A DNA stretch of 64,000 nt from a virus. Positions 48,658-57,848 of this stretch are shown here, piece by piece. The stretch is taken from IMG/VR virus record IMGVR_UViG_3300021093_000041, positions 15,814 to 79,813 of that record; one strand, written 5' to 3'. Numbering within the stretch: position 1 is the first letter of the stretch; every line of letters begins with the position of its first letter. Under the pieces are notes generated by a model that had not been told where the DNA came from, did not search any database, and saw only the letters and a list, made by a program, of their open reading frames with translations. The position numbers and the translations under genes are program-made.

Positions 48658-49125
48658 TTAATATTTATAATTTATACCCAATTCTTTTTCGGTGAGTATT
48701 TTAAATTCCATATTGTGTTTTTTTGCATAATTTGTTGCAGCTTCCCATTTTGCCTTGTTTTGCACATATGTTACCTGCTCGTATATCATTGTGCTTTTCT
48801 TTTTATTTTTACTTACCGTGGGTGGTATTGTTTGTTTGGATGGTTTTATCTCTATTAAATATCTTTTTTTAATATCACCTTCTTTTATATAGACCATGTT
48901 ATCTACAAAATATCTATGAGGTTTATTATCAATAGGACTTACATAGGGAATTATTACTGTTTCACTTGACCACTCTAATACGTTTGGGTTTACATCGCAA
49001 AATTTAAAAAATTTTAATTCCCAACCTGATCTGTAAACAGGATCTTTTGAACCCTTATATTTTGTTTTATTTAGAGGTTTATAAACACCTTGTCTAAAAT
49101 TAGTTGTAGTGTTAGGTGGTAACAT
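48658..49125 (-). CDS. 4: Head completion nuclease (T4 gp4)
   Basis: KYKG..PVYRSGWELKFFKFCD.NPNVLEWSSE, HRYFVD, IEIKP, KWEAA, ILTEKEL. Confidence 0.88.
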   Translation of the reverse strand: MLPPNTTTNFRQGVYKPLNKTKYKGSKDPVYRSGWELKFFKFCDVNPNVLEWSSETVIIPYVSPIDNKPHRYFVDNMVYIKEGDIKKRYLIEIKPSKQTIPPTVSKNKKKSTMIYEQVTYVQNKAKWEAATNYAKKHNMEFKILTEKELGINYKY

Positions 49126-49128
49126 TTA

Positions 49129-50157
49129 TTATCCTATTAAAAACATTGGTGGTTCTGTATCACCTAAACCAGATGAAGCACCTGTGTAGAGTTTTTCTTC
49201 AAGTGCTTGTTTTTCAGATAAACCTTGTTCTAATAATGATGCATTTAATGATCCTCCACCGAATAAACTCACACCTGTATATTTACCTCTAACCATACCA
49301 ACAGTTATTTTTGATAATGCAAGTGCGTATTGATATATCCAGGGTTCGCTTATCATTTGACTAATTGGTCTTTGAACAAAACATTCTACAATACCGTAAT
49401 ACCTACTTGTATTACCATATGTATTAGGTTCTGGGTAAATTTGCATATATTGTGTTCTTGAATCAAATTTTGTAACAGGGTCCAATGCAAGAACTTTTTC
49501 ACGTGTGTCAAGCCAATTTTTTAATACGTACCAGCTTATTAAATCAAACCCGTAATTACCCATTGCATAACTAAAATATGTTTGTTGCGCTAAAGTTTGC
49601 TCAATCGTGAATAGAGTGTTTACACCATCGCTTGCACCTACTTCTAAACCTTTTACAGATATTACTTTACGATATTCTTGCACTAAATAGTCGTAATCTA
49701 TCATTAATTTACGTGTGCTTGGTCTAATACTATTTGCATCACCTATATTGAAATTCCAAGGATCTGCGGGTTTATTGATAACCATCTTACCAATACTATA
49801 TAATGCAGCTACATCACCATTATCAAAACCAACTCTAGCTGTCAATGGTGGTGTAAGCGAAAATAAAACATCCATTCTTATACCTCTACCAGGCTCGTAT
49901 AAAGCTGAATCAAACACAAGTATTTCTCTAGTGTATCCCGCGTATTTTGAAAACATTTCAGTGGCAATTGCAATATTTTCATACATTTGATCCTGATGTA
50001 TTTCAATGTTTACCAACGGTGCACCTAATGACCGGGAGATTCTATCTCCAAGTCTATCATAACTATTAATTGTGCTGGTGAGGTACGAACTATAAAAAGC
50101 ACTCGTTGGTTCTACCGCTGAACAGCTCATTGTTTCTGTGCAATTACAATCACTCAT
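49129..50157 (-). CDS. 13: Neck protein (T4 gp13)
   Basis: RSLGAPLVNIEIHQDQ, WIYQYALALSK, KYTGVSLFGGGSLN, PPMFLIG. Confidence 0.85.
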   Translation of the reverse strand: MSDCNCTETMSCSAVEPTSAFYSSYLTSTINSYDRLGDRISRSLGAPLVNIEIHQDQMYENIAIATEMFSKYAGYTREILVFDSALYEPGRGIRMDVLFSLTPPLTARVGFDNGDVAALYSIGKMVINKPADPWNFNIGDANSIRPSTRKLMIDYDYLVQEYRKVISVKGLEVGASDGVNTLFTIEQTLAQQTYFSYAMGNYGFDLISWYVLKNWLDTREKVLALDPVTKFDSRTQYMQIYPEPNTYGNTSRYYGIVECFVQRPISQMISEPWIYQYALALSKITVGMVRGKYTGVSLFGGGSLNASLLEQGLSEKQALEEKLYTGASSGLGDTEPPMFLIG

Positions 50158-50160
50158 AAA

Positions 50161-50877
50161 TTAATATATAAAAAATGTTGCATTTGTATTAAAACGCCCT
50201 CCAACGAGAACAACTTCGGTTGCACTACCATTTGCCACAACGGTAGGGTATATATACCAATTTGTTTCACCTTCAACAACAGACACAACCCCGGAAATAT
50301 ATAACGATACACTCTGACTACCACCTGCAACTATATTTTCTGAAACTAATACAGAGTTAATATTGACGCTGGAGGTTTTAACACTTGATTTAATACTTAC
50401 AGCCATAGTATCAGTTGCGAGACCACCTCTATTAAAACCAAAATTAACAACCCCTGTAATCCAAGCTGAACCCGTGCGTGGCGATACGTAACTGCTTGGT
50501 GTCCTATATATTTGACCACCAGATGGGTAACCACTGGATGTAACATTTTGTATTACAAAAGGAGCGGTAGCTGCTGCACTACCTCCAGTAAGTCTTACTA
50601 CTCTACCATATTCATTTACCTGTATATTACTAATACTAGTTAAAAGCCCAGTGTTGAGATTGTTAGTATCTATCCCGGTATCGATATCAGCATCAGTTAT
50701 AGGGAAAAGATCGTCGCGTAATAATTGTTTGAAATTTTTATATTTGAGTAATGCGTTGGTTTTATCAATTGTCGGTGAATTTGCATCTAAAAATGGAAAG
50801 GTACTGTTATCGCTGAAATTATTGATATCAGTAAATTCAGCAAACTGACTCATCGGTATTGGTAACAGGTCGGCCAT
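50161..50877 (-). CDS. Hypothetical virion/fibre protein
   Basis: IQVNEYGRVV fibre-like motif; late motif upstream. Confidence 0.5.
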   Translation of the reverse strand: MADLLPIPMSQFAEFTDINNFSDNSTFPFLDANSPTIDKTNALLKYKNFKQLLRDDLFPITDADIDTGIDTNNLNTGLLTSISNIQVNEYGRVVRLTGGSAAATAPFVIQNVTSSGYPSGGQIYRTPSSYVSPRTGSAWITGVVNFGFNRGGLATDTMAVSIKSSVKTSSVNINSVLVSENIVAGGSQSVSLYISGVVSVVEGETNWYIYPTVVANGSATEVVLVGGRFNTNATFFIY

Positions 50878-50916
50878 AATAATATTTATTTTACAAAAAG
50901 GTTATACAATATTGAG

Positions 50917-53900
50917 TTAAACCATAGGAGTTAGTAAAACAGTTGTGGTATTATTTGGATTGAACGTATTCCAAGTTGCCCCATCTGTTGAGCTCCAATA
51001 CTTATTGAGTATTTTATTCTTAATAACAACCGTAGGTATTGGTACATTGTTTACAGTTATATTGAATGCATCTATTTCCCATGCAAGTATATTTGTTGAA
51101 TTGACACCATAATTAAATGGTGCAAACTGACCATTTTTAAGCCAATCAGTTTCAGGTAAATTATCTATATAAACTGGTTGACCCCAAACTGAAGTGTCAA
51201 TTTGTTTAACGTAATTGATATTACCAGCTTCGGTTGATGTAGGTGGTGTTGTAGGGTTGAATAACGATGAATTTAAAGGGATTTTTAAAACATATAAACC
51301 AGTCGTTTGCGTTTCATTACTCAAAACAGCGTAATATTGATCAGTTGGTTTAGGGCTTGGTATACCCATTGTTTTAAATCCACGCATTAACAAATAAACA
51401 TTATCATTTAATAATGTGCAATCTATTGGTTGAAAATCGTAATTTTCACCTACATCGACAAATCGTAAATTTGTATTTTTTCTATATACGTTAAATGTAA
51501 AATTACCGTTACTTTGTTTTTTTACAATAATTTCATCAATTAAATATGTTGCTGGTGTTGTAATTAAATTACCAGATTGATCTGTGAATTTAAACAATGG
51601 CCAATTAGAATTGTACAATTTGAATACAAAATTGTAAAAATAATTTTTAATAGGTGTAAACCACATTATTATATTATCATTAATTTTTTTAAGTTTCGTC
51701 GATGCATTTATAAACCGTTTGGCAATCCCGCCAGGTGGCCTTAAAATCGCATTATTGTATGAAAATGTTGCTATAATATTATTAGCATTATTTTGATTTG
51801 TAGGTTGACCACCAGATATTGGCCAATCAACTGGCATTGTAGTACCGTTGTAGTAAAGACCTGATTGCGGGTACATTAAAAACCCAGGGTTACCCACTAC
51901 AAATGTTCTTATACCGTTTGCAGCAGTATTATTAACTCTACAATAATCCCATGTAAACATGTCCGATAATGGGTTTAAACCTGTCGGTGTGTTATTGTTG
52001 CTTACCTGCACTTTTATTTTATTTTGAAATTGACTATAATTTGCAATGTAATTTTCTGTTTCACGAGACATTTTTAAATTATAAATTGGTGTTATAGTTG
52101 GTATAACGACATCAACCGGTGTTGTTTGCACCGGGTTATCAACAATAGTTGTAGGTGTTGTAGGTGTTGTTGGTGTCGTGGGTGTAGTAGGTGTTGTAGG
52201 TGTTGTAGGTTGATTAAAAATATTTGGTGTTATAGGCACTACAGTAGGTGGTGCCACTATCGGGGTTACGCTATTATCTAATGTTGTAGATAAAGGTACT
52301 ATTACCGAAACATTTGAGTCTATAACTTTGTAACTTGTTGTATTAGTTGTAGATGGCACAACACTCGGAGCTTGGTAGCCCTCTACAACAATACCCTTAC
52401 CTGCTTGAGATAATATAATACTATTAAAAGTGTTAGGATTAGTAATAGAAAATTGTTCGGTCATAACAAACCCACGAGGTAAATTTGTTATATTTGAAGT
52501 TGATGGTAATATAATAGTATTAAAATTGACATTTACATCATTAGATATTGATTGTAAAGCGAGTTCTATAAGACTATAAAATTGTGTTATGACTCTATTG
52601 ATAGTACTATTGGTCATTATTTCGTTTTCACCAATATAATAATCTTTTGTTTCGATAATTAAAAGTTTAGATAATGCTTCGTTGTTTAAATATTCTAGTT
52701 CTCTAAACACCTTAGAATTTAAACTGGTTCCTATATTTAAATCATATACAGGTCTAAGAGCTATATTACTTAAAAGTTTATAAAAATTATAAAAAAGTTT
52801 TTTAAAGGTTTTATTATAAACAAGAAATGTTTGTAATTCATTACTGTTAATAGTGAGTTCATCGAAAGTATATATATTAAAATCACTATTGGCAAGAAGG
52901 TTGTTGTAATTTACTGTTTCAATAAATTTGACAATTAACCCAAAACCGTTTGAACTATATGTGTAAACATAGTCTTCGTTATCTAAACTAACTACATTTA
53001 AAGATGAAATGTTAGGAATTAATTCAGTAAAGTAACCGATTTGTGAATAATTAGTTATATTAAACTTATATAAATTTTTGTTAGTTGAAATATAAGCAAT
53101 AAAATCAGTTGTAGGGGATTGATTAAATGTGGTTAATATCTCATTAGTGGTGTTGAAACTTAAGTTAACTAAAAATTTAGGTACAAAAGAAGCCGGGTCT
53201 AAAATTACAATATTGTTAATTCTATATGTATTTTGATTACCTATTATAGAATAACTACACAATAACGTAACAGTAAATATACCGTTGTAAACATATTTAC
53301 TAAATGGTTTTACTGAAGATATAAATGGGTATAATTTACCAAGAGTCTTTAAATTGAATCTTCTAAGAAAATTTAAATTTAAATCATATATTTTTAATGT
53401 TAAATTATTTCTATCATAAACATATAATTCATTATTGTATTCAAATTGTAATTCAGGGTAAGAAAATTGTGTTATATCACTTGCAGATCCTGAACCACCT
53501 ATACAACCCTCAACAATAAATCTATCACTATTGATAGGGTTATTACCAATAAACCCGCTTACGTCAACATAGTAAACAGAATCGTAATAACCTTCACCTA
53601 TATATAATTTTTCACCAACAAGTAAAATAGACGTGATTTGTTGGAAGTTAATGTCACGACGATAACCTAATGTATTAGAACTGTATACTAAAGATATACC
53701 ACTGTTGTTTTCATTAAAAACAAATATTCTTGTAGCTGATGCACAAAAAATAACATTTGTATTTGTATACGGATTGTACCCAACTTGCATATCTACCAGG
53801 TTATCCATACCAGCAGATAATTTTGAATAGAAAGAAAATCTAGTAAAGTTTTCAGATGTAGTAGACTCAGATAAACTTGTAATACCACTGTTACTTGTAA

Positions 53901-54492
53901 ACGTAGATGTAGTGAAAAATATATTATTAGGATTGGTGGTGAAACTTTTATTTAACGATGTTGATGGTTTACCAGTTAATGAAACCGTGTAACCAGTGGC
54001 TGTAGAAAGCGGTGTATTACCTGTAAATAAATTATTAGGTAATGAGGTTAATGCATCTACATAACTAAAAGCTAATTGCTCTGGAGTTGTAATTGATGAA
54101 AGCTGTATTGCGATACTATAATTTTCAATATACCTATTAACAGTAAATGTAATAACACCTTTTGGTAAAACGGTGTTTAAATTTTCAGTGTTTATATCAG
54201 TAATTGTTAAAAATGTCAAATCACTGTTTTGTTGATTACCGATATATAACGGTTGATTGGTTGGGAAATTGTTATCAATAGTGAAACATTTACTATACAA
54301 ATATAGGTAATTTAAATATAATCCTGATAAGCAATTGTTTATAGTTGATGATATAGCTTGATAGTTTTCATTTGAATTTATTAAGCATTGCTCTAATGCA
54401 ACAGGCAATTCTATCTCACTATTAACTGTTAAATTACCTGTTCTGTTTTTAGGCAAATCATATGATGTCAACTCCGATGAAATACTATTCAT
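50917..54492 (-). CDS. Large putative virion structural protein with NHL-like propeller segment and PTT linker
   Basis: 1191 aa, N/T/S-rich; GGSGSASDITQFSYP..ELYVYDRNN; (PTT)7. Confidence 0.55.
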   Translation of the reverse strand: MNSISSELTSYDLPKNRTGNLTVNSEIELPVALEQCLINSNENYQAISSTINNCLSGLYLNYLYLYSKCFTIDNNFPTNQPLYIGNQQNSDLTFLTITDINTENLNTVLPKGVITFTVNRYIENYSIAIQLSSITTPEQLAFSYVDALTSLPNNLFTGNTPLSTATGYTVSLTGKPSTSLNKSFTTNPNNIFFTTSTFTSNSGITSLSESTTSENFTRFSFYSKLSAGMDNLVDMQVGYNPYTNTNVIFCASATRIFVFNENNSGISLVYSSNTLGYRRDINFQQITSILLVGEKLYIGEGYYDSVYYVDVSGFIGNNPINSDRFIVEGCIGGSGSASDITQFSYPELQFEYNNELYVYDRNNLTLKIYDLNLNFLRRFNLKTLGKLYPFISSVKPFSKYVYNGIFTVTLLCSYSIIGNQNTYRINNIVILDPASFVPKFLVNLSFNTTNEILTTFNQSPTTDFIAYISTNKNLYKFNITNYSQIGYFTELIPNISSLNVVSLDNEDYVYTYSSNGFGLIVKFIETVNYNNLLANSDFNIYTFDELTINSNELQTFLVYNKTFKKLFYNFYKLLSNIALRPVYDLNIGTSLNSKVFRELEYLNNEALSKLLIIETKDYYIGENEIMTNSTINRVITQFYSLIELALQSISNDVNVNFNTIILPSTSNITNLPRGFVMTEQFSITNPNTFNSIILSQAGKGIVVEGYQAPSVVPSTTNTTSYKVIDSNVSVIVPLSTTLDNSVTPIVAPPTVVPITPNIFNQPTTPTTPTTPTTPTTPTTPTTIVDNPVQTTPVDVVIPTITPIYNLKMSRETENYIANYSQFQNKIKVQVSNNNTPTGLNPLSDMFTWDYCRVNNTAANGIRTFVVGNPGFLMYPQSGLYYNGTTMPVDWPISGGQPTNQNNANNIIATFSYNNAILRPPGGIAKRFINASTKLKKINDNIIMWFTPIKNYFYNFVFKLYNSNWPLFKFTDQSGNLITTPATYLIDEIIVKKQSNGNFTFNVYRKNTNLRFVDVGENYDFQPIDCTLLNDNVYLLMRGFKTMGIPSPKPTDQYYAVLSNETQTTGLYVLKIPLNSSLFNPTTPPTSTEAGNINYVKQIDTSVWGQPVYIDNLPETDWLKNGQFAPFNYGVNSTNILAWEIDAFNITVNNVPIPTVVIKNKILNKYWSSTDGATWNTFNPNNTTTVLLTPMV
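52147..52209 (-). repeat. (Pro-Thr-Thr)7 coding repeat
   Basis: Seven 9-nt units with synonymous variation. Confidence 0.9.
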
Positions 54493-57400
54493 GATAAGTA
54501 ATTGTATTTAATTCCGAACAACTTGGTTTGTTCTTATTAATTACATCTATAAAGGATACATTCAATATCTCTTCTAGAGTAGCGCTTACAGGTAAATCAA
54601 CAACTTCAACATTGAAATAATTTGACTTAGCACCCGGCACTTTAAACATAAAAAACTGTTGTATTGTTTCCACAAAATTACGTTTATTAACCGGTAATTG
54701 AAATTTAACATCACTTATCGGATAGTTTTGCCTTAAATGTAACAGCATATTGTAATATGATAATGCTGTATTGTATATGTATAAATTTTTGAATGGTAAA
54801 GGTGTAGTAAAATAATAATTTGGTTTATCAATATACGAACCAAGTGTAAAGTTATTGTAATATATACAATTACCAGCCATAAATGGTATATTAAGTATAT
54901 TGCTAAATGAATATTGACCGCTTGGTACTAACGTTTGATTAACCTCTCTACCATCTATAAAAATAGAATAAACACCATTTACCGAGTCAAAACGTATTAC
55001 AAAATTATGATAACCTGGTTCGAGAGTTGATACTTCGATAACGTTTCTTACAAGTAAAACATCTGTATTGTTAAAAATATTTGGTAGACCTAATCTAAAC
55101 TCAAATTTACCTTCACCGTTTAAATTACTTAAAGTAAAGTTATAATTAGAGAGATTTGGAGCACATATACCAATCGTATTGTTAAAATCTATTGTATTAA
55201 AAACATTAATGGTATTACTTACAATTTTATTAGTACGTACTAAAACTGTTTTAACATTTGCAGGGTCATATACACCGAAAACTAAACCTTCATCTGCTAT
55301 ACCGTTACTGTTAAAATTGCGTATATAATCTATGCTTTGAACCACCACACCAGATAAACTCGGTTGATCAGTAAACAATTTTACTGGAAACCCATTAGAT
55401 GTTTTGATATTGTAAAATTCATCTGATAGTAATAATTTATTATTATCGAAAACAACATATAGTGCACCGTTTTCATTAACTACATAATCGTTTATCAATG
55501 TGCATTCATAAATTACGGTAAGCGTGCTTGTGCTTATATCATACGAACAAAGGTTTTGTATTGTGTCATCACTACTAATAAAAAATATTTTATTATCGAG
55601 TATCTTAACATTTATACCAGGTACGGTATATAGAATGTCTTTATATGAAATTAAAGTGTTGATATACGATAACGTGCCTACTTTACCAGGTATTGAAATA
55701 GTATTAGTTGAGGATATTTCTTCGTAATCTAATGTAATGTTATCAATTTTTAAAGGTGGTAAAGTATTTGTGTAACAATATGTGTATTCTAGTGTAGAAT
55801 AAAATTGTGTGTAAAGATTAATATCAGGTATAATTTTTTTATCTACTATAACGCTATTGTAACTTATTAATGTTACATAGTTATCGCTAGTAATAGCAAT
55901 AGTATTACCTACAGGGTCTAATTTATTAACATATTTTATTGTCGTATTGCCTAATGATATGCTATCTAATAATTTTAAATCAGTGTTATAGCAGAATATT
56001 GTATTTTTGTTGTAACTTACAACAAAGGGTGTTACGTGTTGGTAGTTAAAAACACCTAAACCGTAATTGTTATAATTACCAAATATCTGATAACCTAACG
56101 GTTTGCTCCAGTCATTAGCATATAAATCAAAATTAATTGTAAAGTTATTAAAATCTTTAATTGCTGTAAATTGTGTGCTATCTAAAAATTTTGAATAGTA
56201 AGTAGGGCCAAGCACTATTTCATTAGATAAATTATCGTAAGGCTGATTTAAATAATCGTAAACAGTTGTGAAATATTTTTGAACAACATTTGCAGATAAC
56301 GAATCGATCAACTGTATAATGTTCTTTTCACCTAAATGTTGTATTGCATATTGTATACCAGGTTCGAACGTTAAATTGCTCAAAACATCATAAACAGGGT
56401 AATTGCTATTTACATTGTTTGCTGTTGAAACTTGTGTGAAATTAGTTGTGTAATTACTATTGATTGTAAACGATAATGCATCTACACCTGAAACCACTGA
56501 AGGGTTATAATATCTATCTACCCATACTGGTTCTGCAGATAATGAATTACCCCCTTTTAACCAACTACATAAATATGCACCAGTTGTTTCGGAATTATTT
56601 GTATTGAAAGGTATAGAAAAATATTCAAGTGTTTTGTGTTTGAAGACTTTATCTGAATTAATAGGTGTATCACCTGCTATACAACCCGAATTAACTAATG
56701 AAGAATCGTTTATATTAAGCTTTATAATTGGAAATGATTCATATGGGAAATAAAAGAATGTTATATTATCACTCTTAACAAGTAATTGAGTGGTTGTTGC
56801 ACTATAGGTGTTATTAAAATCAGGTGAACCTCTTAACTGGTTTGTTCCAGTATTAAGTGATGTATAATCTCGTTGTATAACACCATCAACATTTTGGTTG
56901 ATTATATTACCTCTACTTAAACTGTTTTTATCGTCTTTATCGTTTTTGAGAGGTAAAATATTTACAGGTATAGTATTATTATCCACCTTCTCGTTAGTGA
57001 AATTAAGGATATAGTTGAGCTTTACATTATCTACACTTCTATCGTTATTAACATTTAAGTTATCTAAATCAATTATTTGAGTATATGAGTACCAATCACT
57101 TGGTAATATAGGATTGTAATTATTATAACTGCGAGTTTTAAGTGCGCATGATGTATTAAATATATCACTACCTGATATAAAACCTGTCAAGGTTAACCAA
57201 TTATTTGTTGTATCATAACTAACGTACTTTTGCTCACCATTAACTAATTTATAGAGAACAAGTTGGTTTTTAACTGTATCGTACAAATAATTAAAAATAT
57301 TAACTTCATCATTTTGATATTCATATACCATTAAAAATTCACTGCTACCGGTGTTGCATTGAAAATATGATAAATAGTAATTTATACCGCTAATAGATTG

Positions 57401-57835
57401 TGTTATAGTGCATCTATCACTATCTAAAAGATTAACAGTGTAGTATTGATACTCATAATCAGTATCATATGTATCAAAACCTATTGTATAGGCAACCGTA
57501 TTTAATTGTGGTGTAAAATTAGTTTGTACTGTGAGCGATTTAGGTAAAATTTCACCACTTGTATATAAACCTAGATATGTTAAAAATGATTTAGGATATA
57601 CATCGATAGGTAATTCAATTTTAACTTTATCACCAACATTTGTTTTATTGGTTAGTACAAAATTGCTATAATAGTTATTTGAAGTATCTTTAGCACCAGA
57701 TAAAAAATCTACTATTGACACGTTAATACCCTCGTAGCTGATATAGTTTTGTGTTTCTATATCAATACTAGGGTCGTAACTATAATTAGCACTTACACCG
57801 TTAAAATAGGTGTTAGATAATGTTAAAACATCCAT
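54485..57835 (-). CDS. Large putative virion structural protein with LamG/concanavalin-like segment
   Basis: 1116 aa; FTINFDLY...GYHNFVIRFDSVNGVYSIFIDG...NLYIYNTAL. Confidence 0.55.
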   Translation of the reverse strand: MDVLTLSNTYFNGVSANYSYDPSIDIETQNYISYEGINVSIVDFLSGAKDTSNNYYSNFVLTNKTNVGDKVKIELPIDVYPKSFLTYLGLYTSGEILPKSLTVQTNFTPQLNTVAYTIGFDTYDTDYEYQYYTVNLLDSDRCTITQSISGINYYLSYFQCNTGSSEFLMVYEYQNDEVNIFNYLYDTVKNQLVLYKLVNGEQKYVSYDTTNNWLTLTGFISGSDIFNTSCALKTRSYNNYNPILPSDWYSYTQIIDLDNLNVNNDRSVDNVKLNYILNFTNEKVDNNTIPVNILPLKNDKDDKNSLSRGNIINQNVDGVIQRDYTSLNTGTNQLRGSPDFNNTYSATTTQLLVKSDNITFFYFPYESFPIIKLNINDSSLVNSGCIAGDTPINSDKVFKHKTLEYFSIPFNTNNSETTGAYLCSWLKGGNSLSAEPVWVDRYYNPSVVSGVDALSFTINSNYTTNFTQVSTANNVNSNYPVYDVLSNLTFEPGIQYAIQHLGEKNIIQLIDSLSANVVQKYFTTVYDYLNQPYDNLSNEIVLGPTYYSKFLDSTQFTAIKDFNNFTINFDLYANDWSKPLGYQIFGNYNNYGLGVFNYQHVTPFVVSYNKNTIFCYNTDLKLLDSISLGNTTIKYVNKLDPVGNTIAITSDNYVTLISYNSVIVDKKIIPDINLYTQFYSTLEYTYCYTNTLPPLKIDNITLDYEEISSTNTISIPGKVGTLSYINTLISYKDILYTVPGINVKILDNKIFFISSDDTIQNLCSYDISTSTLTVIYECTLINDYVVNENGALYVVFDNNKLLLSDEFYNIKTSNGFPVKLFTDQPSLSGVVVQSIDYIRNFNSNGIADEGLVFGVYDPANVKTVLVRTNKIVSNTINVFNTIDFNNTIGICAPNLSNYNFTLSNLNGEGKFEFRLGLPNIFNNTDVLLVRNVIEVSTLEPGYHNFVIRFDSVNGVYSIFIDGREVNQTLVPSGQYSFSNILNIPFMAGNCIYYNNFTLGSYIDKPNYYFTTPLPFKNLYIYNTALSYYNMLLHLRQNYPISDVKFQLPVNKRNFVETIQQFFMFKVPGAKSNYFNVEVVDLPVSATLEEILNVSFIDVINKNKPSCSELNTITYHE

Positions 57836-57848
57836 CTACAATATTTAT

